Origin: an uncultured Planctomycetaceae bacterium | Lineage (GTDB): Bacteria > Planctomycetota > Planctomycetia > Pirellulales > PALSA-1355 | Reading direction: 5' to 3' | Length of the DNA stretch: 64,000 nucleotides | Assembly: GCA_963785305.1 (NCBI GenBank) | Contig: CAWAUV010000009.1 | Span: forward strand, 256,001 to 320,000 | In this document: piece after piece, positions 1 to 10,663 of the stretch | How positions within the stretch are numbered: the stretch's first letter is position 1 | Layout: the number at the start of each line of letters is the position of its first letter | Program-made: the position numbers and the translations under genes | Notes under the pieces: generated by a model | Database searches by the model: none | Told to the model about the DNA's origin: nothing | Seen by the model: only the letters and a program-made list of their open reading frames with translations

Positions 1-3000
1 CCGACTCGGCGGAAGTCGCTTCGACCGCGGCGACCGGCGATTCAGCGGGCGCGGCGGGAGCAAATTCGCGCGACGGCTCGGCGGGTTCATCTTGCGAAAT
101 GGTTTGTCGAACCCCGAACGACTCCGCGGGCGCGGCGCTCATCGACTCGCAAAGAAATTCCACCACATGCCGCAGCGTGGGAAAATCATCGAGAGTGACA
201 TTGCCCGAGGGCGGAGCGATTTTGAAGCGTTCGCCGATTTCGCCGAACATTTGGGCCTTGCGAATGCTGTCGATTCCCAAGTCGGCTTCAAGATCGGCAT
301 CGAGTTCCACGAGATCGCTCGGGTAGCCGGTTTGCTCGACCACGAAGTCGACGAGAAACTTTTCCAGTTCCTCGGCCAGGTCAGCCGTTTCGGCCACCGC
401 GAGGGCGCTGGTCTCGCGTTGCGACGCCCCCGAGCCCACTTCGGCGCGGCCGCGGCTGGGGGGATCGGAGTCGGCATCATCGTCACTCGCTTCCGCTTCC
501 GGCATTCGTGCGGTTTCATCGCTCGCATTCGCGGGGCGGAGAATAAAATCCATCACGCTCCGTAGCGTGGGAAAGTCGTCGAGCGTGACATTGCCCGAGG
601 GCGGAGCGATTTTGAATTGCTCGCCGATTTCACCAAAGAGCTGCGCTTTGCGAATGCTATCGATGCCCAAGTCGGCTTCGAGATCGGCGTCGAGATCGAC
701 ATCTTCCTGCGGATAGCCCGTCTGCTCAACCACGAAGTCGATCAAAAATGCTTCTAGGTCTCCCAGGATTTCGCCGGTCGGGGCCTCGGCGCGGGAATCA
801 TCGGCGGCGACCGCGGTTCGGCCCGACAGAGACTCGGAATCAAGCTCGTCGTCTTCGAGGTGGGCATCGAAGTCGGCCTCGACTACGGCCTTGACGCCGC
901 CGATCGCCGACGAGCCGTTCGCCACGTTTCCAGCGACAAAATCGAGAATCTGCCGCAGCGTCGCGAAGTCCTCCAAGCGCACATCGCCTTGCGGCGGAGC
1001 CACATGGAACTTGTCGCCGATCTCGCCGAAAAGTTGCATGGTCTTGATGCTGTCGAGCCCCAGGTCAGCTTCAAGATTCGCGTCGAGTTCAATGTCCTCG
1101 GCCGAATAACCGGTCTGTTCGATGACAAAATTCACCAAGAACGCTTGCAGCTTTTGCACATCCACCGGCGATGGCAATTCGGCCACGACGCCTCGCGAGG
1201 CATCGATCGGCGCCATGCTCCGCCGAGAGCCGTTGGCCGGCGCCGCGGGACCAAGCGCCACTCCGCGAGCCGAACCGGCGCCAGGGGGCAACGACGCCGA
1301 ATGTTTCGCCGATTTGCCTTGTTGCCCGACGCGGTCCGACGCCAATCCATTGCCGGAGGTTGCTCCGTTGCCGGGGGCGGATCCGTTGCCGGAAGCCGAG
1401 CCGTTGCGAAGCGCCGGGCCGCTCGCGCGGCTCGAACCATTGCGATCGTCGGGCGCGTGGTTTGAGCCGCGGTCAGGGCTTGCCGGCGTCGGTTCGGCAT
1501 GACCGCGCGGGCGTCGCTCGCCGGCGCCAGCGTCGCGACTGCCTTCGAGTCGCCGCCGGGCGCGACGCCGCTCGGTAGCATCGAATTCGATGAGTCGGCC
1601 AACCACGCCGCCGCTCTCTTTGCCGGAACGGGCCGCGGACGGCGCCATCGTCGTGGGAGATGTGGTGGCCGCGACCAAGGGCCGCGACATCGCCGCCGCC
1701 GCCACGCAGACATCGAGCAGTTGCTCGGCGCCGGGACGACGGGCGTTGTCGGTGGCGATCGCCCGATGATCGTGTTCGACCGCGAGCAACTGTCGATGCA
1801 ATTTCGTGAGCACTTGCTGCGGTCCAACTTCGATGACTAGCGCCGGCCGCTCGCCGACCAATTCACGAAGCATCGCGTCGTACCGCACGGGTCGCGTGAA
1901 CTGTTCGACCAGACTGCGGCGCATGTCGGCCACGGTCGCGATCGGTTTCGCGCTCGCGGTGCCAATCCAGCGAAGCTTTGGAGACTCGATGGCGATGGTC
2001 GGAAGCCCGGCCTCGAATATCGTTTGGGCGCCGGCCATGAGTGGCGAATGGAAAGGCCGCGTCACCGGCAAAACCAGCGCGCCGAGGCCCCGGCGCTTGG
2101 CCGCCGCTTCCGCCGCGGCGATCGCTTGGAGTTCGCCCGAGAGCACGGTTTGGCGCGGTCCGTTCAAATTGGCCAGATGAATTTTCCCGCCGCTCTCGTC
2201 GACGAGCGATTGTGCGTCGGCGACCGAGGCCAGCACCGCCAACATTCCGCCCGGCCGCGTCCCACGCTCGAGCGCGTCGGCTCGAAGTCGGGCACACTCG
2301 AGCGCCGCCTCGAGGGTCCAGGCGCCCGCGGCGAGACCGGCGGCATACTCGCCGAAACTATGGCCCGCGACCGCGTCGGGCCGCACACCCAGCGCGGCGA
2401 GCGATTCGAGCAACACATATTCCGAAACCAAGATCGCCATCTGGCCGTGCCAAAGCTGGGGCGAAAACGGTTTGCCGGTGTTCCAAGCGACACTGGCAAA
2501 AGAATCCGAGCCCATGGCCGCGAGCGCATGTTCGGCCCGCTCAAGCGCGGCGGCGGCGGGCGGAAACTGCCGGGAGAGTAACTCGAGCATTCCCGAATAC
2601 TGCGAGCCGTGGCCCGGAAATACAAACACGATTTGCGATTCGGAGGGGTCGCCCGACGAGCTCGCCGCCGCGCGCGGCCGGGGGGCCGAAGTCCCCGCCG
2701 TGGCCTTCTTGGCCGAGCTTGCTTCGGACGCCGCCTCGCGGCCCGAGGCCACGAGCACATGGTAGGTTTGACCGCTAGCGCAACCCGCCGACACGCCGAT
2801 GAGCCCGTCGGCCGAACGCAAGGGCTTGGTTTCCCGAGTGACTTCGACCAATGCCTTCCGCTCGCGCACCGCGCCGGAAACATCGCTGGGCGCGACGCCC
2901 GCGGGCGCCGTTTCATTTTCCCAGGTCATCACGCTTTTCAACAGGCTCCCCATGCCATTCGCCGCGCCCGCATGTCCGAACTGACCGACGATCGAGCCCA

Positions 3001-5601
3001 AGCGCATCGGCTCGGCGCGCTCCGGCGTGTCGTATACGGCGGCAATGGCCTCGAGTTCGCTCGGCTCCTCGGTGGGAAATCCCCCGGTCGTTTCGATCGC
3101 GCACATGCGCGCCGGATCGATCGCGGCGGCTTCGAGCGCCCGGCGCATCGCGGGCTCGTCGGCCTGGCGCGGTGCGCGAAGATTCGACGCGACCGCCGCC
3201 GAGCGCAACACGCCGCGAATCGGATCGCCATCGCGCTGGGCGTCGCTCAATCGCTTGAGCAGCACCACGCCGACGCCTTCGGCCGGCGCCACGCCATCGA
3301 CTCGGGCGTCGAAGGCCGGGGCTGGTTCACCGGCGCGAGGAGCCCGCCGCGGGCGAGGCCCTCGTACATTACGGCGTCCATGCTTCGCTGAGCGCCGGCG
3401 CAGATCATCATGTCGCAAGAACCCGAGCGCAGCATGTCCATGCCGGCGCTCACGGCGGCGAGCCCCGAGCCGGCGCCGGCGTCGAGCGCGAGCGCGCCGC
3501 CCTGGAGGTCGAATGTCTTGGTGATTCGCGAGGCCAGCGTGCTGCTGGTGAAGCTGCCGGTTTCGTCCATCAGGGCCGGCATTCGCTTGAGCAATATTTG
3601 CCGATATTGCTCGAGCGCCGCCTTGAGTTCGGTTTTCGTGACGCCGCGCTCGATGAGCAGCGGCGTAATGATCTGCTCGAACTCGGGCAGCCGTAGGCCC
3701 ATCTGCAATTGGTTGGCGAAGTCGCCGCCAAAGACGGTTCCCACGATCACGCCGACCTTCGAGCGATCAAAAGGCCGCGTTTTGTAGCCGGCTTGTTCGA
3801 AAGCCTGGGCCGCCGCGTCGAGCAGCATGAATTGAAGCGGATTCGCGTTGGCCACCTGCTTGGGCGGCACCTTGTTCTTGCGCCAATCGTAGACCCAGTC
3901 GGTCAAGAACCCGCCGCGCGCGGTGGGAGTGCGCCAGGGCGGCAGCGGCTCGCCGGGCTGGGGCTCGGCGCGGTAAATGTCCTTGTTCCAGCGGGTCGGC
4001 GTGGCGTCGGTCTTGGGATCGTCGCCCGAGACGAGCAGTTCCCAGAAACGCTCGATCGTGTGCGCGCCGGATAAATCGCGCCCATGCCGATCACGGCGAT
4101 CGGTTCATTGGGATCGCGGGCTCCGGCCGTGGGCGCCGCGCTTTGATAGAAGCTGGCCGGCTTCGCGGGAACATACTGATCGATCACCACATGCACATTG
4201 AGTCCGCCGATGCCGAAGGCGTTCACGGCCGCGCGGCGCGGATGGCCGTCTTTATGTTCCGGCCAGGGCTCGGGCGACGTGGGAATGCGGAAGGGCATGT
4301 TCTTCCAGTCGACGCGCGGATTGAGCTTGCGGATATTGGCGGCCGGCGGGATCGTGGCGGCCTGCATGGCGAGCATGACTTTGGCGAGCCCAGCCACGCC
4401 GGCGGTTTCGAGCGTGTGGCCGATATTGCCTTTCGACGCTCCGAGCGGAATTTGCTGGCCCGGCGCCAAGCGGCCTTCGAGCGCTTCATAGAGCGCGGTG
4501 AGCTCCGTGGCGTCGCCCACTTGGGTCGACGTGGCATGGGCTTCGATATATTGAAGACGCTTCAGATCGAGCTGCTCGCCATAGGCCCGATGAATGGCGA
4601 TGACCTGGCCTTCTTTTCTCGGGGCCCAGAGGCTTTTGCCCTTGCCGTCGGTCGAGATGCCCATGCCGCGAATCACGCCCAACACGGGATCGCCGTCGTG
4701 GAGCGCTCGGGGCAGGGTTTTGAGCACCACCGCCACATAACCCTCGGAGGCGACCAGGCCATCGGCGTCGGCGTCGAAGGGACGCGAATCGCGGGCGCTC
4801 ACCGAATGGGCTTGCGAAAACAGCACCAAACTATCGGACTTGCAGTACGACGCGCCCCCGATGATGGCCATGTCTTGCCGGCCTTGCTGGAGCGCATTGA
4901 CCGCAAGCATCATCGCCTTGAGCGACGACGCGCATGCGGCGTCGATCGCCATGTACGGGCCGGTGAGCCCGAACGCCTGATTGATGATGCCGGCCGACAT
5001 GTGGGCCGCGAGATTCGGCCCGACCGGCCGTCGGCGATGCGCATAGCGCTGGCGAATTTGGTCAACCACTTGGGCGGCGACCTCGCCGATCTGCTTTGTG
5101 CCCAACCGGCGCTTGATGGCCGGCTTTTGGAACTCCGGCAGATCGTGCAGATAAGCGGCCGTTTCCTCGATCAGGCATGTAAACACAAGGTCGCCAGCCC
5201 AGTTCGAGCCACCGGCGCCACCGATATACACGCCCACGTTGCGGCTGGGCAAATCAAACGGGTTCATCTTGGCATGTCGGAGCGCTTCGGCCGCCACGTC
5301 GCAGATCGTCAGGTGCGCGATATCAATCGTGTCGGCGACTTCTTTCGAGAGCCCGAGCGCTTTGGCGGAAACGGGGCGCTCCGGTATCAAACCGCCGAGG
5401 AGCGAATAGGACTTACCCTGCACGCCGCGAGCCGGATCGAAATAAAGCTCGCGATCAAGCCGACTCTCGGGCAACTCGCCGATGGCGCTGGTGTCCCGAA
5501 CGAATCAGTTTCCAATAGGCTTCGAGCCCCGCGGCGCCAGGGAGCCGGCAAGCCATGCCGACGATTGCAATCGGAACGGGACCAGAGGAATTCGACTTCA
5601 T
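1..5601 (-). CDS. Type I PKS / PUFA-synthase-like multidomain protein (KS - inactive KS/CLF - AT - >=3 ACP); several frameshifts; 3' end outside window
   Basis: Start MKSNSSGPVPIAIVGMACRLPG at 5601. KS1 has DAACASS, EAHATST, GHTLETAG. Second KS-like domain has DAGAGSG and IETTG. AT has VFPGHGSQY, GHSFG (~2355), RPFHSPLM (~2050). Three ACPs with EQTGY...LEADLG(I/L)DS at ~950-1160, ~560-770, ~150-385. Confidence 0.9.
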
Positions 5602-5661
5602 GCCAATACAATGCCTTGAAAAAATTATCGGTCTCTTGTCTTCGACGACGTTGATCTACGT

Positions 5662-7246
5662 TTATGGAGACGGTGATCGCCCCGCAAGCGCGGCTGCCGT
5701 TTCCAGCACTTCCCGGGCCAAGCCGCGATGAATTCGAGGGCCAAACATTACGATCTTTCCCGTCGCGACCGCGTTTTGCGCTAGGCTCGGACCTTCCGAA
5801 CGCTCGCGCCCCCGCGAAAGTTCTCGCCACGTCACATGGTTCATGCGCAGGCAAAAGTCGGCGTCGTCGAGCCCGCCCGGTCGCGCGGCGGAGAGCCGCC
5901 CCGCGGTCTCGACCACATGCCATTCCCCGCCGCCCGGGCCGCTGATTTGCAAATTGATGGCTCGCACCGCGCGATCCGAACCCGTCGATCTTACTTGCGG
6001 TTTGGAACCCGCGGAACAATCTTGGACAGGTTTGGGCCCAAGCGAGGTTTGCTTCGCCGCCGGGGGATCGAGCGGCGCGCTGAAATTATGTCGCATTGCG
6101 AATTCGCCAAGCGTTCGCAAGAGCTTCGCGTCGAGCTCCGGGCAGGGCAGCTCGGGTAGCGCCCGAAGAATGTTCGCGCGGTCGAAGGTCGGGTCATGGC
6201 GCCAGTATGCGCGATAAACTTCCATTTGCTCGGTGAACGCGGCCGGCGACGTCAACGAGGACATTTCCCGCGATCCGAACGACTCATCGTCGCACGCGGC
6301 AGCGCTGCCCGCGCCGTTTGAAGATGCAGCGCCAGCGGCTCGGGTATCGCGACCCATGAGCGGGAGCAACAGGTCGACAAACGCTTCTTGCAACCGAGAA
6401 ACCGGCAATGGCCGAGGGTGGGTCAAATGGTAGGTGGCGCCGTGCAGATCGGGTCGGCCCATGATTCGCACAATCGCGGCCGATACCCAGTCGACCGGAA
6501 CCAAGTTCTTGCATTCATCGCCCCGGAGGCCCAAGAGGCCCAGAAAGTCAATCGCGGCGAGCTCGCTCGTCGGCAGCTTCGGACACACCGCCACTCCCAG
6601 CCGCAGCGGAGTGTAAAAGCCGTGAAAGGTAGCGCTGTAGCCGGTTTGCGAGTCACCCACGATGATCGAGGGGCGATAGATTGTGCGGTTTTCCTTGGGC
6701 AGCCGCTCGGCGAGCATCTTCTCGGCCGCGACTTTGGTCTCTTCGTAGGGATTTCCCCAGGATTGCCCCATGTCGAGCTCATCTTCGCGCACTCGACCTT
6801 CACGAGCGCCCGCGACGTAGGCGGTCGACACGTGGTGAAACTCGTCGAGTCCGGTGGGCTCGAAAAAGTCGAGGAGCCGTTTCGTGCCCAAAAGATTGGT
6901 GCGGCTCGGTTCCCCATCGTCGGAAGTTTGAAACTTCAGCGACGCGGCGCTGTGCAACACCGAGTGACAATGGTCCGCGAGCCACTCGCGGTCTCGATCG
7001 CCGAGCCCCAAGCCGGGTTCATGCAACGAGCCAGCCAGCACAATCGGCCGCGGTAGATCGCGCTCGAGGGTCTGTTCCCAGCGGCGCACCACGCCTTCGA
7101 CACGAGCGCTGGCGGAGGCGCGTCGCCGACCGCGAACAAGCACGCACACGCGATGCCCCGCAAGCGTGAGATCGCGCAGCAGGTACCGCCCGAGCAAGCC
7201 AGTCAGCGCCCGTGAGCAGCGTATAACGAGGCCGCAGTTTCAACAT
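5662..7246 (-). CDS. Extended SDR, thioester/fatty acyl reductase type (NAD_binding_4-like), with probable C-terminal SCP2-like domain; frameshift near 7205
   Basis: YTLLTGA(T)GLLGRYLL Rossmann motif across the frameshift; HSAAS, HVSTAYV, YEETK (YxxxK), RPSIIVGDS; C-terminal INLQISGPGGGEWHV...DADFCLRM. An alternative start at 7270 is possible. Confidence 0.8.
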
Positions 7247-7501
7247 GTCGAACCGAGACACGCGTTCCATGATTGCGGCCCTGGCGCGCCGAGAACAGAG
7301 GCAGGAGGCCGCGAATCGCTACATCCTCGCCAGTTATCCCAGGGATCGCAGGGCACCCATTTTGCGAACGGGCAGTTTAATGGGCGCGGCGGAGCATTGC
7401 AAGTAGCCCGACTGCTCCGCGGACCGTGTGGGTCGTGTGGGACGGACGGCCGCGCGGCCTGTTCTCGGTCGGGCCGAGGCCAAAAGAATGCGCTCGGGCG
7501 C

Positions 7502-7536
7502 AAAAAAAAACCGCCGCGGGGGTCAATCCGCGACGG
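7502..7536 (-). terminator. Rho-independent terminator downstream of the response regulator
   Basis: Minus strand CCGTCGCGG-loop-CCGCGGCGG followed by T9, about 65 nt after the stop at 7602. Confidence 0.75.
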
Positions 7537-7601
7537 GTGGGGTCGTATGAGCGGCGAAGCGAAATTCGGGCGCGTGGAGAGTTGGTCGTAACCCGATCGG
7601 G

Positions 7602-8174
7602 TCAAACAAGCTCTTTCCGGGCGCCGATCAGCGTGCGAAGACGCTCGGCGAGCAGGACCACATCGAACGGTTTCTTGAACGTTTCGTTGATCGTCGAACG
7701 ATCGAAACTGATCGAACTGCCATCGTCGGGCAGCAGGGCGATCAAGATCGTGTCGGCGTATTCGGTATTCCGGCGCAGATTTTGGCAAATCTGCAAGCTT
7801 TCGACCCGGCCGATCGAAAAGTCGACGATAATGCAGTCCGGATGGAAGCTCTCGGCCTGAATGCCGGCTTCGAATCCGCTGGCCGCCACCGCCACTTTGA
7901 ACGATCGATCGAGGGGCAGTTCACGTTTGAGATTTTCGATCAGGACCTGATCCTGGCCCACGACCAGCACTTTGGCCATTGCTTCGTCTTCGAGATCGCC
8001 CAGGGGCATCCCGTGTTCCTTGAGGAAGCGGATCAGATACTCACGCGGAATCCGGCGATCTTGCGACCCGGGGATGCGGTATCCCTTGAGGCGGCCGGAA
8101 TCGAACCACTTGCTGACAGTACGCGGGGCTACTTTACAGATCTTGGCGACCTGACCCGTTGTGAAGACCTTCAT
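7602..8174 (-). CDS. Excisionase-type HTH (HTH_17) plus receiver-like domain response regulator
   Basis: FTTGQVAKICKVAPRTVSKWFDSGRLKGYRIPGSQDRRI at the N-terminus; REC-like C-terminus (PDCIIVDF, FKKPFD); GGAG RBS upstream. Confidence 0.85.
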   Translation of the reverse strand: MKVFTTGQVAKICKVAPRTVSKWFDSGRLKGYRIPGSQDRRIPREYLIRFLKEHGMPLGDLEDEAMAKVLVVGQDQVLIENLKRELPLDRSFKVAVAASGFEAGIQAESFHPDCIIVDFSIGRVESLQICQNLRRNTEYADTILIALLPDDGSSISFDRSTINETFKKPFDVVLLAERLRTLIGARKELV

Positions 8175-9261
8175 TGCAGGCTCTCCAATTTGCGCTCGCT
8201 TGTTTTCTTGGGATTAACTCCGCCGGAATTTTCGGGTTCCTTTGGAGGTCGGTGGCCCCTGGTTGTCGCGTGGGCTTGTTCCAGTCGGAGGTTCGTTCCC
8301 TCGAACCGCCGGTAGTTCGAACAGTCGTCACACGTAACATCTGGGTCGGGGCTGGGTGTCTCGCATCAACTCGCCGCGGCCTGGTTCAGGTCCCTCTGAT
8401 CCGTGCCTCAGTGATTACATCGGCCGGCTTTTGCCGGTAGCGTCCGTAAAATCCGCGTTCGCCAGCAAACTGGCAAAGCCAAGAAAGGCTCTTACGCGGA
8501 TCGAACGCCAAAACCGGTAAAGTCGGGCGGATGGAAACGTTTCGCCAGGGGGGAGACAAGCGGAGCTTGGGCGCGATTGCTAGCGCAATGCGACGCCCAT
8601 GCTTTCGGCGCGGTCGTAGTAGTCCGTGCGGCAGGTTCCCCCCTGCAGTCGGCGTGTCCGGCCCGAGTGTCCTGTCGCATTCGCCACAGGCTGCGTGCCG
8701 AACAAACCTTCCACGTTTGTTTTCGATTCAATCGAGGGCGCGACTTTAGAAACTTTCTCCAGTCGTAACACGTAGATCGATCCTGTCGCGATTGACAAAC
8801 CTCCCGCTTTGCGCGGTCGCGTGATCGGCGCCGACTTAAGTCTCTATGCCGATTGAGGTTTCCGTCGCAATGCAGGCCGTCTTTGGCGATTGCGCCCGAT
8901 GGGTAATTTGCGGCCGAGATTGCCGACTGGCGTCGATCCTCGAAGCCGGAAATCCCCCGGCGCGGTCCGATCCGGCGTCGTAATCGCTACGATCCCACGC
9001 CGCGCCGCGAAGACGCCCCTAGGAAATCATAGGGGCCGGCTCTGAAAATGTCCCGTCGCGGCGCCCGTCGCGGCGCGCAATGGCCAAAGGCTGTTGCGTC
9101 GCCAAACCGCCTGCTAAGATGCCCAACTCGACGCCCATGGCCGGCGTCGCTTGCCCGGCCGGCGGCGCCCTCGGCGGCGCGTGCCAAGCTCGCCGGCCTG
9201 CGGTCCGGTTCCCCGCATACCCCCCAAGCTCAGAGCCAATTCCCCCAGGAGACAACCCACG

Positions 9262-10430
9262 ATGGGCCACCACCAAACGAAACAGCATCGGCCTGGAAAG
9301 CACTCGTATCATCAAATCGGACTCGTTCGCGGCCAGTTTGGCAACGTGCCGGAAGATAAATGGCTCGATTGGGTTGCCGCCACCGGGTTCGATGGCTGGG
9401 AAGAAGCGAGCTGGGAGCTCGACCTCGCTCGCTGCGCCGACGACGCCGGCGCCAAAGCCTACGCCGGCGAGCGCGTGGCCAAGGCCAAGTCGCGCGGGCT
9501 CGAAATCCTCTCGATCGCCGCTCACTTGCAGGGCCAAGCCCTGGGCGACGAACCGAGCGCCAAGACGCTTCAGTTCCTCGGCGGCGAGTCGGTCGAGGCC
9601 TATGCGCGCTGGCGAGCCGCGGGCAACAAGCCGCCGCGCGTCGATCCGTATTTCGTGCCCGACGACGTGGCCGAGATCGCGCGGCGCCAAGCGACGCAGT
9701 CGCTCGTGGCCGCGGTGCGGCTCGCGCACTTTGTTGGTCAGTTGCAAGATCGCACGGTGCCTGTCTCGGGCTTCGTCGGCTCGCCGGCCCACTGCTGGAG
9801 CCACTGGTTCCTGTTTCCGCCGCTGCCTCGCTCGCTGGGCGGACATGAGATTCCCGACGTGTATTCGACGAGCCTCGAGCTCTCTGGTCGAGCGTTTTGG
9901 GCCGGTGTTCGAAGCGTGCAAAAAATACGGCACGACCTACGACCTCGAATGCCATCCGAGCGAACGGGCAATGGGCGATATCGCCAGCGCTCGCGATTAC
10001 CTGGCGGCGGTCGACAAAGCCGGCTTCGCCAAGGCGACCGGTTTCAACTTCGATTGCTCGCACATGGAATGGCAGGGCGTGTCGGGCGTGGACTTCATTC
10101 GCGAGTTCGGCGAACGGATCCACTGGCGCATATCAAGGGAGTGCAAGTGATCGATGGCTACACGCGCAACGGCCGGCTGGGCGGCCATCAACCGTTTGGC
10201 GACAAGCACAACGGCTGGAACTTCGTGACCGCCGGAACCGCCCGCGACGCCACGCCGGTCGAAGAGTTATTCGTGGAACTGAACCGCGCCGGCTTCAGCG
10301 GCGGTGTGTCGATCGAATGGGAAGACAACGATGTGGAACAACACGCCGGCGCAAAGCCGCCCTGGCGAATGTCCACCGCGCCGACCAGCCGCCGAGCTCA
10401 ATGCGCCACGACGAGCAATTGAAGGCATGA
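9262..10430 (+). CDS. Sugar phosphate isomerase/epimerase (xylose isomerase-like TIM barrel); frameshifts near 9880, 10125, 10350
   Basis: AGGAG RBS; GFDGWEEASW, LECHPSE, NFDCSH, HIKG, SIEWED metal-binding motifs spread over three frames. Confidence 0.8.
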
Positions 10431-10455
10431 CGCGCCACGCGCCGCCTGATTCGTT

Positions 10456-10575
10456 GGCTCTTCCGCTTCTAAATGGAATAGGCCCAAAATCTTGCTCGGA
10501 TGGCGCGGGCCAGGGCGTGGACGTCGCGCACGCGGCGGCGGGCGGTGACGTGGAAGTGGTTGATGTCCAGCGCGC
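10456..10575 (-). mobile_element. Probable ISL3 right-end remnant (terminal IR plus last transposase codons)
   Basis: GGCTCTTCCGCTTC at 10456 matches 13/14 nt of the ISL3 end at 14300. A minus-strand frame ...LDINHFHVTARRRVRDVHALARAIRARFWAYSI* stops just inside the IR. Confidence 0.45.
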
Positions 10576-10663
10576 CGGAGCGGCTAGACACGCGGGCCGG
10601 CAGCTACCATCGGAAGCCGGTGAACAAGGCGAAAATTCTAAGGTCAAATTCAAAGGGGTCAGG

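Noticed and set aside
4143..5654. Long plus-strand ORFs such as 4143-5654, 55793-57478 and 61165-62415, and minus-strand ORFs such as 29278-30897 and 49163-50878
   Set aside because: Antisense shadows of recognisable genes, expected in high-GC DNA.
7519..7526. GGGGTCAA as a seventh copy of the island motif
   Set aside because: Only the short core matches, and it lies in a terminator loop with no ACTCATTG or upstream AATYC.
7602..8174. Prophage excisionase
   Set aside because: The HTH is fused to a receiver-like domain and no phage genes are nearby.
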